This document shows, in pieces, positions 36,631 to 50,152 of a stretch of 64,000 nucleotides of DNA. Below the pieces are notes generated by a model. The model was not told the DNA's origin. It saw nothing but the letters and a program-made list of their open reading frames with translations, and did no database searches. A program made the translations under genes and the position numbers. The stretch's first letter is position 1. Each line of letters begins with the position of its first letter. This DNA comes from Chiloscyllium plagiosum (taxonomy: Eukaryota): the NCBI RefSeq assembly GCF_004010195.1, contig NC_057718.1, positions 2,831,493 to 2,895,492 of the forward strand, given 5' to 3'.

Positions 36631-39600
36631 ACATGTTATGTCTTCTGCAGAGCTTTACAGGGCCGATGTCTGCAACAGAAAATAGGAGGTGGAGGTGTCA
36701 TCTTGTTTTTTGGAGTCGAAAGCTGCATTGTTGTATTCATTCACAAGGTCAGAAGTCACACAACATCAGATTATAGTGCAACAGCTTTATTTGAAATTAC
36801 AAGCTTTTGGAGTGTAGTCCCTTCTTCTGGTGAAGTGCCCCTCATGTCTTTCTGAAATCTTTCTCCTTTCACCTTAAAAATGTGCCCCCGAGTTTTGAAC
36901 ACCTCCTCCCATCCCCACTCCAGGGACAACACCCAGGCTTTTCATCTGGCCTTCACCCCTCATGATATAATAAACATCTGTAAGGTCACTCTTAACCACC
37001 AATGCTCCAAGCTATTTTTTTCATAACTCAAACCCTTCATTCCTGGCAACATGCTGGAAATCTTTTCTCAACCTTCTCCAATTTAACAATTTTCTTCCAA
37101 TAGCAGGGTGACCAGAATTGCACACAGTACTCCAGAAGAGGCCCAGTTTGAGGGTCGGTGGGGGTGGTAGTATTTATTGCAGATAAAGTGGCAGCATGGG
37201 GATGAAGGAGATGCAACAAGTAACTGACTGATCTGAAGTTGGGACCAGTTTTCTGTGACAAGGCTGTGTGCTGAAGCTCCTCGATGCTGCCTGAATTGCT
37301 GTGCTCTTCCAGCACCATTGATCCAGAGCCTGTCAATGACTATTTGATTGCTGGCACTTCACCTGATGTAGGAGCAGCACTCTGAAAACTTGTGATTTCA
37401 AATAAACCTTGTTGGACTATAGTCTGATGTTGGACTATAGTCTGATGTTGTGTGACTTCTGACTATGCCCACCCCAGTCTGACACTGGCAGCTCCATGTC
37501 ATTGCTGGCTGAACAGCTTGTGAATGTGAATGGCTATAGCCAGAAGTCATCGGATCTCTGGAAATTAAGGTGGAGGCATTTTTGCTGCAATATAGGCTAT
37601 CTAAATCCAAAGAAAGCCAGTTTATTTTCTCTTAGCAGCTGCTGCAAGCTATTGCTTTTAATCAGAATTTGTAAATCAGTCATTCTTTGCTTCCTCCAAA
37701 GAAGTTGAAAACACCCAAAAACAGAGAGAAAGGTATTAACAAACAACAAATCCTGATGAACAAAATACCATCTCAGTGAATCCTCTGGACATGGACCATT
37801 AAACAGATTTGCACAAATTTCTGAATTGTTAAGTTATGGTAAAGAAAGCAGCAGATCATATTAAGTTTCATTTATTTGTCAAATGTGAAGATGCCATTTT
37901 GAAACTACTGTTGCATCCTTGACTCCATTATATCAATTCCGCACTGTGGCACTCCCAGTCTCTTCTCTCCTTTAAGTCTTCTGTTTTCTCTCAAATATTA
38001 CTGTTTTCTCAAAAACAATAATCTCCAGCATCATAGCTTACATGTAGAATAATGTAACATTCACACAGGCTGAGACCATTCAGTTCATCAAGCTTGCACT
38101 GTTGCACAATAATTATCTTAGCATAAAATCTCTCAAGGAGTTTTAGAAGGTCCACTTGAGTAACAGATATATTCTGCCAGTTACCTAAAATTGTAATGGT
38201 CTGGGAAACCATTATCAATGAGAGGAAATCATTCTGGACCAGCATATCATGAAATGAAGCTCACAGGTAAAGGAAACATTTTGCTTTCATTATAACACAT
38301 TGCTTCTTCATAATCCATCCCAGAAATCCTCAGCTACAGGAAGCAGTTGAGGCCAAAACATTGAATGCTTTCAACGAGGAGTTAGACATAGTTCTGTGAG
38401 CTAAAGGGATCAAAGCGTATGGAAAGAAAGAAGGAACAGGGGACTGTGTTGGATGATCCATCATGTTTATGTTGATGGTGGTGCAGGCACAATGGGCTGA
38501 ATGGCCTACTCCAGTTCCTGTTTTCTATGTATTGAGAAAGTGATGATGAGCTGCCTTCCTGAACTGCTGTCATCCAGTTGGTGTTGGGACATTTGATCCA
38601 ATGACATTGAAGGAATAAGGATGATATATTTCCAATTCTGGATGGTGTGTGCGCCTTGGAGAGCAACCTGAAGGAGGTGGTGTCCTTGTCCTTTCAGATG
38701 GGAGAGGCTGTGGGTTCAGAAGCTCTTGCTGGAGGAGCCTTGTGAGTTACTGAAGGGCATCATGTAGATGGTACAGACTGTCCATCATTTTTGAAAGTGT
38801 TAGCTGTGGTGTCAATCAAGTGGGCTGCTTTGTCCTGGATGGTGTGAATCTTCTTGAATGTTGTTGGAGCTACACTCATCCAGGCAATTGAGAAGAATTC
38901 CATCATATTCCTGCCTTCTGCTTTGTAGAAACATGGTGGACAGGCTGTGGGAGTCAGCGTGCAGATTCCACCTGCTCTTGGAGCCACAATATTTATTAAA
39001 CTGCTCCGTGTAATGGACAGGTTATTATGGAGTCCCAAAGAACTCATTTACTTCATTTTCTGATGGGATTGTTGGGCCGAAGGGCCTGTTTCCACACTGT
39101 AATGTAATCTAATCTAATCTAAACTGCTCCGTGTAATGGACAGGTTATTATGGAGTCCCAAAGAACTCATTTACTTCATTTTCTGATGGGATGTAGGCAT
39201 TGCTGGCAAAGACTACATTTGTTCCTCATCCCCAATTTCCCTCAAACTGAGTCACCTTGCTGTTTATTTTAGAGGGCAATAAGAGCAATCTACATCTCTG
39301 TGGGTCTCGAGTCACATGTAGGTCAGACCAGGTAAGGATAGTAGATTTCCTTCCCTGAAGGACATTAGTGAACCAGATGGATTTTTACAACAATTGATGG
39401 GAACATTGGATTAATGTGGAATTTTCTGAATATAACTCCATCAACCTGTATTTATTTTGAATAATAGCGATTTGAAAGTTTGAGAGAACACCAAAGAATT
39501 TGTTTTCTGGAAATGTATTGTATTCCAATGACATTCACTTTCATGAGCCAACTTCACATTCAACTGGACCATGGCTGATCTGTACCTCAGTGTCATTTAA

Positions 39601-41045
39601 ACTAAAGGTTAAATTGGTTTCTGTTGTAACCCATTAAGATGGGACAAATTGAGGACTCTGGGTCTGCACTCAATGGAGTTTAGAAGAAGTGGGGTGGGAT
39701 CTGACTGAAACATCCAGAAAACTGAGGGGCCTGGATAAAGTGGATGTAGAGAAGAGGTTTCCCCTAGTATGAGAGACTAGGACCCAAGGACACAGCCTCA
39801 GAGTGAAGGGATGTTCTTTTAGAATCCAGATGAGGAGGAATCTCTTCACCCAGGGGGTGGTGAACCTGTGGAACCCATCACCACAGAAGACTGTGGAGGC
39901 CACGTCACTGAGTGTATTTAAGACAGAGATAGATAGGTGCTGTATTGTAAGGACATTAAATGTTCCAGGGAGAGGGAAGGAGAATGAGGCTGAAAAAAGT
40001 CATTTGTGATCAAATTCTGCAACAGACTCAATAGCCTGAATGGTCCAATTTTGTTCCCATATCCTGCAAACTCATGGTCTTGGGGTTTTAAATGGGAAAT
40101 TTCAAACTCTCAGCTCTCAAATCTTTGGGCCATCATTTCCCAGAACCTTCTGCAGCTCCTGTTCTGCTCAATGACACTCCCACCTCCACCTCTGATGCAC
40201 TTGGCCCTTCCACACACCAGCCCTGATTACTCCCCTTCTTATGATCCTCATTCATTCCCTTAGTCTAAGTGATACAGGCAGAGGGACACAGGAACAGGAG
40301 TAGGCCATTAAGCCCACCAAGTCTGGTCCACCACTCAATTAAATGATGGATGATCAATGACCTCAATGGCACTTGAATACACTTTTTCCAAATACCCTAA
40401 TGTAAATCATCTCTGGAAAACTTTAATTTCAGTCTTGAATGTTCCCAGTGACTGAGTCTCCACAGTTCTCTGGGGAATGTATGCTATTGGGATTTCAACC
40501 AAGCCTTTGACAAGGCCCACTGTGGGATACTGATAGTGAAAGTAAAAGCTGATGGGATCCAGGGTCATTGGCAAGTTGGATCCAAAACGGGTTCTCACTC
40601 AGCAACAGTGGGTGGTGATAGAGGCTGTTTGTGTGACTGGAGGCCACTGTCCAGTGGTGTACCACAGGGATCAGTGCTGGGTCCCTTATTATTCATGCTA
40701 GATATAAACGATACAGCTCTGAGTGTGGAGGGTGGTAAGTAAGTTTGCAGATGACAGAAACATTGATCAAGTGCTTGAAAGTGAGGAGGATGGTCTTAGA
40801 TTGCAGGAGGATAAAAATGGATTGGTCAGATGGGCAGATCAGTGGCAGCTTGAATTAAACCCTGATATCTGTGAGGGGATGAACTTTGAAGAAGTAACAA
40901 GACAAACAGGTACTCACAAGTGGGAAGAAATTAAGAAGCCGAGGAACAGAGAGATGGAGTGATTGAAAATGGAGGTTTTGTTGTCAGATGCAGATTACTG
41001 ACTGACCTCAGTGTTTTTAAAGTGATCTTTATTTTCCATTTCTAG

Positions 41046-41385
41046 GTACTGTGTTGAATCCAGCGGTAGTACAGTTTCCAACAGTTCAGAGTGTCAGAGA
41101 GGGTCAGACAGTGAGAATGACAGTGCACGATCAAGAACAGCAAACTGCACGAAGTGATCAGTCATTGGTAACAACAGTGCCCCAGGAAAAGAAAGGACAA
41201 GATGATGACTCATTCTAGAAATAATTCACCAGGAAACTCCTCCAGCTTTCCTGCTTTATTTCAACATTCCAGAGAGCCCTCCTAGAACAGTTTCATTCTG
41301 ACCATTACAAGCGTACAGCCCAGTGACACTGCTGTCTCTACTTGCAATGTGTGGGGCTATACCCATTCAATTACTGTCCCTCAAT
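41046..41385 (+). pseudogene. V5: divergent, disrupted V-domain exon of the same family
   Basis: Acceptor ttttccatttctag|GT. Reads TVLNPAVVQFPTVQSVREGQTVRM, then a +1 frameshift, then QCTIKN...SHW*QQ...SREPS*NSFILTITSVQPSDTAVSTCNVWG. Two stop codons; the GxG strand and splice donor are not recognisable. 3' end approximate. Confidence 0.8.
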
Positions 41386-43143
41386 GTAATATATCAGTCC
41401 ATAAGATATAAGGGGCAGAGTTAGGCCATTTGGCCTATCGAGCTTGCTCTGTAATTCAATCATTGCAGATATGTTTTTGAAACTCATTCTCCTGGTCACT
41501 CCAAACAACCTTTGCCCCCCTTACTGATCCAGAACCTATTTAAGACCTCTTGGTCTTAAATACATTCAATGACTTGGCCACTGCAGCCCTCTGCGTATTG
41601 AGTTCCACAGATTCATCGTCCTCTGGCTGATGAAATTCCTCCTCATCTCAGCTGCCGTTGTGGAATAGCACCCAGACTAATATCTCCCCATGTGACTCTA
41701 TGTGAGAAAGCCTGGAAAGTTTTCCTATGTTAAAGGCACTATAAAACTGCAAATTGTTGCTATTTAATCAGGTTTGAGCCAATCCACACATCAGCTTTTA
41801 CATTTTGACCTAATATAGCTTTCAGATGTTGCAGTCAGAGACTGACAAATGACATCATGAACAACAGTTGCTGCCTGTGGTTTGGGTATGTTCTTGTTTA
41901 TATCTTTGTTAATCATCACTGACAGAGTGAGTTCAGCAGATATTTTAAATTGTACTTGATTTCACTGATATAACCAGTTTCTGAATAAAAATCTAATTAT
42001 CTGACCATTAAACTGTGTGTCTGTGTTCTTCAGCTAATTAATTTAAAAAGTCTTAGCAGGAGCTGCTGGCAGCTTGTGCACATTTGAGGTGACAAAGTTT
42101 TCCCCTCCCACATCACCCTAACCAACTGTGTATTCATGTGTTATCAACAACTGCCTTGGAATGAACAGCAACAGAAATGACATGGTTAGAGCCATTTGTT
42201 TGAGAGAAGCTGCTGCCCTTGAGAAGTGTAACCAATGTCAGTGTCGGGGCTGTGGCACGCTGGCAGTAGACCTCAAGGTCAGGTACCACCCTGTGGTACA
42301 GCACACCCCCACAGGTTGCTGAGAAATAATTTCAACAGTACCTGTCTAAGAGTTGGCTCCATATTTAACTCATGCTGTGTTCTGCTTGGTGATCTCTGGC
42401 TAAGGCCACAATGATTGGCCGTGGGTTAATCACACATTGTTATCCCTGAATCTATTTTCGGGGATTGTCTAGATTAACACATCCCATTTGTCCAACATCC
42501 CCTCCCCCTTTCAGACTCTGCTTCAGACCAAACCATTTGATTGAGTTTCTGAAACAGAGTCACACTGGACTGGAAATAGTAACTCTGTTTCTCTCCCCAC
42601 AGATACTGCCAGACCTTCTGAGTTTCTCCAGCAATTTCAGTTTTTTTTTGCTTTATTGTCTTGAGGTTGCATTTCTTGATTGGTGACAAAATTTGTCCAC
42701 TTTCCCAATTTTGAAAAGTTTTGCCATCATTTTACTGAGTACACACTGCTACATAAATGGCAAGTTACAAAGAAGAGGAGTTTGGGCCCATTGTTTTTTT
42801 TAATAAGTGTTTTTACCATTCACAGGGTTGTAGCAAATGTGTGAATTCTCAAATTTAGGTGACTTGATTGTGAGGAACTTGTATTGAATAAGAAATTAAC
42901 ATCACTCCTGAAATAAATTTCATGAAAGCACATTTAGAAATCCAGCCAGCAATATCCTTCCTCAGAAGAGAGCAGCCATTGGTTTATTGTCCATGCCTCT
43001 CCTTTCCTGACACTTTAACTTCTTTACCTCCTGAGAAACAAGACATTACAGAAGATGCGGTTGGCTGGGACACTTTGTGTTTTGATGTATTAGCTGGACG
43101 TACAATAAACTGTGTGGAGAAACAGGGTTGTCACTCTGTTGAG

Positions 43144-43195
43144 ATGATCAGTGGAACTGTATTTGCTATGACCCTGTCCCTTTGTGTTACATTGG
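43144..43195 (+). CDS. Leader exon L2 (paralogue of L1): MISGTVFAMTLSLCVTL(G)
   Basis: Same 52-nt length and G|GTAAGT donor as L1; flanks about 43010-43240 are homologous to about 12820-13050. Confidence 0.82.
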
Positions 43196-46013
43196 GTAAG
43201 TGTTTGCTTTAGAGAACTTTAACCTGTTATAAAAGACATTTCCATTTACTATAAAAATTTTTTTCTATGATCCTGCACCACTAAGTGATGAAGGAGCAGC
43301 GCTCCAGAAACTTGTACTTCCAAATAAACCTGTTGGACTATAACCTGGTGTTGTGTGATTTTTAACTTCCATTAGTTATCCAATGCTTTATCCATGCAGA
43401 TACAGTACCTTCATCACCATAGGTTCTTACTAAGTAGCCTAATGTGTGGGACTGAACAAATGCTGGATTAAAATCTTTAGATATTACATCCACTGCTTCC
43501 TCCTTTCCTAAAGGCAAAATACTGCAGATGATGGAAACCTGAAGCAAACACAGAGAATGCTGGAAAAGCTCAGTAAGTCTGGCAGTATCTGTCGAGAGAG
43601 AAACATAGTGAACATTTAATGTTTGATCTGACTCTTCTTCACAACTATATGCCTGAAATTGGGCCGTTATTTCAGTCATTTTGTTCTGAATGCTATGTGC
43701 AGAAAAGTAAATAGTCATTAGCTTTGCCTTTTTAACATTATTTCACTTGGTGACCCTATTCACTGCTGTTTTTCTGTGTTTGTATCCTCTGTCTGTTCCT
43801 GTCCCACACTGGGTAATGTAGCTGCTGTCTCCTCTTGCTTTGTCAGTCCCCAGCCCCTTTCTCCTGAACCCTGCCCCTTCTAACTAGTTGATAACCCACT
43901 CTACAGCCCTAGTTATTCAATTCACCAGGACACTCATCCCAGCAAGGTGAAGTGAAGCCTGCCACAGAAGAACAGCTCCCTTTTACCCCAGTACCCCAAT
44001 AACCTCTCATTTATCCACATTATCCTGTCTCTGCCATACATATGCCCACTCACTCAACCGCTCCAACTCACACTGCAGCTTGTGTGCATCCTCCTAACTA
44101 GCTCACCCTCCCACCCAGCATTGTGTCATTTGAAAATCTGGAGTTAATATGTTTAGTTCCCTCATCAAAATCATTAATTTTTATTGTGAATAGCTGGGGT
44201 GTGGGCATTGATCCCTGCAGTATCCCACAGGCTGCCATTCAGAAAAAAAACACTCAATTACTCCTACTCTTTTATTTCCTGTCTGTTAATCAGTTCTTTT
44301 ATTCAGATCACTAAACTAACTCAAAAATTTATGTGCTCTAATTTTACATTAATCTCTTTTGTGGGACTTTCTCAAAAACTTTCTGAAGTTCAAATAAACA
44401 ACATTGCCATCATCAACGCTGTGAGTCACATCAACAAAGAATTCCAGTGGACTTGTCAAGATCGATTTTCCTGTCACAATAGACAGAAGTGGGTAGTACA
44501 AATGCTGGAGAATAGTGTCAAGATTAGAGTGGTGCTGGAAGATTAGAATAGTCCGAGGTTGCTGCCTGATCTGCTGTGCTTTTCTAACACCACTCTAATC
44601 TTCTCTGTCACAATGCCCTGCTGACTCAATTTTCCAAATGCTCAATGAATCTTTTTACAATAGATTCAAGCATTTTCTCCATGATCAATGTCAGACTGAC
44701 TGCTCGATAATACTTTCTTTTCTCTCTGCCTCCCTTTATTACACAGTGGGGTTACATTAGCTAGCCTCTTATCTCTAGGGACTGTTTTGGAGTTTGTATT
44801 ACCTTGGAAGGTGACCAAGGATATGGGACAGGTGCAGGAAATTGGGATTACAGTGCCTTTATTGGTAGTTATTGTCAGTGCAGCATCAACAGCATGAAGG
44901 GCCTTTTCTGCAATGTATGACTCTACGACTTGATCACCAATGAATCCACTGTTATCACAGAAACTTCATTAAGTGCGCTGTAATTGCCAGCCTGCAATCC
45001 CAGAAATTTCCCCAACATCATTTCTCTATCATCCTGATCTCCTTCAGTTTCTTCCTCTCACTAAACCCTGAGTTTCTGAATATTTCTGATATTTTGCTTG
45101 TGTCCTTTGTGAACACAGAATCAAAGTTTGTATTTTGTTGGTCAGCCACTTTTTGTTCCCCATTATAAATTCCTTCATAGAGGTCCCAGACAGTCTTCAA
45201 CAATCTTTTTCCTTTCCTTTCCTTCAGAAACCTTTACGGTCAGTTTGTACATTTCCCTCAAGCTTACTCTCGTGCATCATTTCCTCTTCTTTAATCAATC
45301 ATTAATCAATCACTTGTCAGGGCTGTTGTTTCCCAGACTAATTTGCTTTCACTCTTCCTTGGATCACATATTATCTCTAATTTCCCGTGTAAGCCATGGT
45401 TCAGCCCTTTTCCTGTTTTCCTTTTGTGTCAGGCAGCAGGAGCTGTGTGTGTAGGTTTCTGATTTTCAGTCAGGAATTTTCTGGTTTTTAAGTGGTTCAA
45501 ACCCCCTCCAGATCCCTGGTTGCAGACACTGGATTTATTGAGGAAATCTGAAATGAAGAAGGCAGCAGACAGGTGTTTCAGGGAAAACCAATCTCTGTGC
45601 TTATTTACAATACAAAAAGTAAGTCTAATATAAGAAATGCAGGTTAATGCAATGAACAGGAAAATTGACACAATCAATTCTACAGACAGAAATAATGCTG
45701 TTAATTACACAATTAGCTAGATTAAACATTATTAGAATTTAAAATCAACAGTATTAATCATACAAACTTTAATCAAAGTTAAAAATCACACAACACCACA
45801 TTATGGTCCAAAGTTTAATTGAAAGCACTAACTTTCAGAGTGCTGCTCCTTCATCAGGTCATTGTGGAGTATGAAGGAGCAGAGCTCTGAAAGCTAGTGC
45901 TTCCAATTAAACCTGTTGGACTATAATCTGGTGTTTTGTGATTTTTAATTTTGTACACCCCAGTCCAACACTGGCATCTCCAAATCAAAACTTTTATCAG
46001 ACTTCCTACAACT

Positions 46014-46322
46014 GGGGCGGCATGGTGGCTCAGTGGTTAGCACTGTTGCCTCACAACACCAGGGCCCCAGGTTTGATTCCAGCCTCAGGTGACAGTCTGT
46101 GGAGTTTGTACATTCTCTCTGTATCTGCATGGGTTTCCTCTGGGTGCTCTGGTTTCCTCCCACAGTCCAACGATGTGCAGGTCAGGTGAATTGGTCATAC
46201 TAAATTGCCCATAGTGTTAGGTGCATTAGTCAGAGGGTCTGGGTGGATTACCCTTCGGAGGGTCGTACTGGTTGGGCCAAAGGGTCTGTTTCCACACTGT
46301 AGGGAATCTAACCTAATCTAAT
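46014..46322 (+). mobile_element. HE1-type SINE, full length
   Basis: A box GGTGGCTCAGTGG, B box GGTTTGATTCC, (CTAAT)n tail. Confidence 0.88.
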
Positions 46323-47629
46323 ACACTGACATCTCCCAGCTTCCCCTCCCTGCTGGCTTGGTCATAAACCTGAGGGTCTTGGGAGTTTCAGCTCACCGCT
46401 GAGGAAAATGCTGTTTTGAAGTACAGCTGGCTGTTCCTGCTTGCCGTGCCTGGAGCCTGGGTGAAGACTGTAGACTGCAAAGGCCTCTCAGTTTGAGTTG
46501 AATCTGCTGATGCGGACGGTGGTTAGTGGATCTTTCGGGGCTTGATTTTCTTTCCTTTCTGCTGGTTTTCTGGGCCTGGGTGTCACCTCAGAATGTATCT
46601 GAGGCCTTGTGGTGTCAGTTGGTTCTGTGGTTTTTGGGTTTGCTAGTCGTTGTTGGTCACTGTTGGTTCCCCTGGTTCGGAACAGGCCTGTGTCAGTGGC
46701 TCTTGAAATGAGCTGTTGGAATTCTTCTTCTGGAGATAGCACTTTGGAACATTTCCGGGGGTAGCTTCTGGGATCTGTCCTGGGGATCGCTCTCAGGGAT
46801 GGCTGTATTAGGTGAGGTCTGGACTTGCAATTATACGAATTGTGAGCCCTTTACCTTCACACCAAATCTGTGCTTTCTGGTGTTTCGTTTGAAATCAGTT
46901 GTTTTCTCAATTCTTCAGAGTGTGTGTGAATGGATTTTGATTGGAGGAGAATGTCTGGTATCTCTGTAGACCCCATGCTGTCTGTTCTGGGGAGCCTGAG
47001 GTATAAAGGCAGCCTCAGGCCAGAGTCTGTTTTAGTTGATTGTTATTTCAGAGATGATGTGTAAATTGGAAATCCAGACTGAGCAAAGGTTCCAGACAGC
47101 CAGCTCAGATCTGTAGGTTGGGTTTGTGTATTCTCCACAGGGCTCATTCCAGCTTCCATTTATTTGTTAAAAGTTTTGAAAAGCTCAGAGTTTTGTCCAG
47201 TACCAGAGATGATGGGGACTTTTGCTCGATCCTGCATGGGAAGGCTCATGTATCCTGGGAATGGAGGCAAAGACTCCCCATTTTCCCCAGTCTGACCTCC
47301 AGGACCCTTTCCTGTGGAAAAGCCTCAATTTACTGAGGCTGGAGAGGCTGTATCTCCGTTGATCTTTGGGGAAGTCCTGCCCCTTTAAATTCTGCCTGGC
47401 TGCCTTTTCTAATGCAGCAGACCCATCGCAGTTCCAATCCTCACATCTGCTGTGGATTGTCAGGAAGCCTCTCCAAAGATGTGCAGGTCAAGTGGATTGG
47501 CCATGCTAAATTGCCCATAGTGTTAGGTGCATTAGTCAGAGGGACTGGATAGGTTACTGTTTGGAGGGTCGATGTGGACTTGTTGGGCCAAAGGGCCTGT
47601 TTCCACTGTAGAGATTCTAATCTAATCAG

Positions 47630-50152
47630 GGGTTGGGAGGTCATGTTGCAGTTGTACAGGACATTGGTTAGGCCACTGTTGGTATATTATTCATAACATC
47701 CTACCAGAAGGATGTTATGAAACTTGAAAGGGTTCAGAAAAGATTTACAAGGATGTAGCCAGGGTTGGAGGATTTGAGCTACAGGGAGAGGCTGAATAGG
47801 CTGGGGCTGTTTTCCCTGGAGCATTGGAGGCTGAGAGGTGACGTTTATAGCGTTTATAAAATCATGAGGGGCATGGATAGGGTAAATAGTCAAAGTATTT
47901 TCCCAGGGGTGGGGGAGTCCAGAACTGGAAGGTATAGGTTTAGGGTGAGAAGAGAAAGATATAAAAGAGACCTAAGAGGCAACTTTTTCATGCAGACAGT
48001 GGTGCGTGTGTGGAATGGGCTGCCAAGAAAGTGGTGGAGGCTGGTACATTTCCAACATTTGAAAGGCATCTGGATGGGTATATGAATAGGAAGGGTTTGG
48101 AGGGATATAGGCTGGGTGCTGGCAGGTAGGACTAAATTGGCTAGGGATATCTGGTCGGCATGGACAAGTTGGACTGAAGGGTCTGTGTCCGTGCTATACA
48201 TCACTATGACTCTATGACCCTAAAACATGAATTTCTCTTGGGAAATATGACAGGACAAGTGACGGATGTGCTAGTGGGAGAACGTTTTGGGACCAGTGAT
48301 CATAACTCTATTACTTTAAGAATGGTTAGGGAAAAGGCTAGGCCTTGTCTAAAAGTTAATTTCCTAAATTGGAGTATGATCAATTATGACAGTCTGAGAA
48401 AGGAACTTTCAAAGGGTTAGTGGGGTAGATTGTTTGCAGGCAAAGTGATGGCTGGCAAGAGGGAAGCTGTCAAAAATATGATAATGAGAGTTCAGAGACA
48501 ATACATTCCTGTTAGAATGAAGGGTAAGACTGGTAGGTGTAGGGAACATTGGATGACTTGAGATGTTTCGGCTATGGTCAAGAGAACGAAGGAGGCAAAT
48601 GTCAGGGAGAGATAACTGGCGCCATGTGAGTCTCTTGAAGAGTATAAGGGGAGTAGGGACATTCTTAAGAGGGAAATCAGGAAAGTAACAATGGGATATG
48701 AAATAGCTTTCGGAAATGAGGTTCAGGATAATCCAAAGAGATTCTACAAGTGCATTAAGAGCAAAAGGACAATGAGAAAGAGAATAGGGCCTGTTAAAGA
48801 TCAACAGGGTTTGTCTACATTACTGATGGTTGTGGGTAAAGTGTTCAAAAAGGTTACAAAGGATAGGATTTATGATAATCTAGAGGGGAATAAATTGATT
48901 AGGGATAGTCAACACGGTTTTATGAAGGGTAGGTCATGCCTCACAAACCTTATTGAGTTTTTTGAGATGATGACCAAACACGTGGATGAGGGTAAAGCGG
49001 TTGATGTGATGTATATGGATTTCAGTAAGGCATTTGATAAGGTTTCCCACAGTAGGCTATTGCACAAAATATGGAGGCATGGGATTGAGGGTGATTTCAC
49101 AGTTTGGATTGGAAATTGGCTAGCTGAAATAAGATAGAGGGTGGTGGTTGATGGAGTTCAGTGACAAGTGGTGAACCGCAACGATCTGTTTTGGGGTCAC
49201 TGCTGTTTGTCAGTTTTATGAATGACCTGGATGAGGGCTTTGAAGGATGGGTTAGTAAATTTGCAGGTGACACTAAGGTCAGTAGAGTTGTCTATAGTAC
49301 CGAAGGATGTTGTAGGTTACAGGGGGACATAGATAAGCTGCAGAGCTGGACTGAGAGGTGGCAAATGGAGTTTAATGCAGAAAAGTGAGAGGTGATTCAC
49401 TTTGGAAGGAGCAGCAGGAATAAAGAGTACTGGGCTAATGGTAAGATTCTTGGTAGTATTGATGAACAGAGAGATCTCGGTGTCCATGTGAATAGATCCC
49501 TGAAAGTTGCCACCCAGGTTGATAGCATTGGTAAGAAAGCACATGGTATGTTAGCTTTTATTAGTACTGGGACTGAGTTTTGCAACCACGAGGTCATGAT
49601 GCAGCTGTAAAAAACTCTGGTGCAGCCACACTTGGAGTATCGCATATAATTCTGGTCACCGCATTATAGGAAGAATGTGGAAGCTTTGGATAGGGTTCAT
49701 AGGAGATTTACTGGGATGTTGTCCAGTATGGGGGGGAAGGTCTTATGAGGAAAGGCTGAGAGACTTGTGGCTGTTTTCATTCGAGAGAAGAAGGTTGAGA
49801 GTTAACTTAATTGAGACATATAAGATAATCAGAGGGTTAGATAGTGTGGACAGTGAGAGCTTTGTTCCTTGGATGGTGATGGCTAGCATGAGGGGACATA
49901 GCTTTAAATTGAGGGGTGATCGATATAGGACAGATATCAGAGGTATTTCTTCATTCAGAGTGTAGCAGGAGCATGGAACACCCTTCCTGCAACAGTCATG
50001 GACTCACCAACTTTAAGGGCATTTAAATGGTCATTGGAAAACATATGGATGAAAATGGAATACTATAGGTTAGATGGGCTTCAGATTGGTTTCACAGGTC
50101 AGCACAATGTCAAGGGCCAAAGGCCTGTACTGCGCTGTAATGTTCTATGTTC
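47630..50152 (+). mobile_element. Cluster of CR1-type LINE fragments
   Basis: [25 protein letters not shown] and RRRLR motifs; TGTTCTA tail. Confidence 0.88.

Noticed and set aside
46014-46090. tRNA gene
   Set aside because: The A and B boxes belong to the head of a SINE that continues into the core and LINE-derived tail and recurs many times.
46526-46711. Hydrophobic ORF MDLSGLDFLSFLLVFW... as a membrane-protein exon
   Set aside because: Lies in GT-rich, probably repeat-derived sequence with no clear exon boundaries or family motif.
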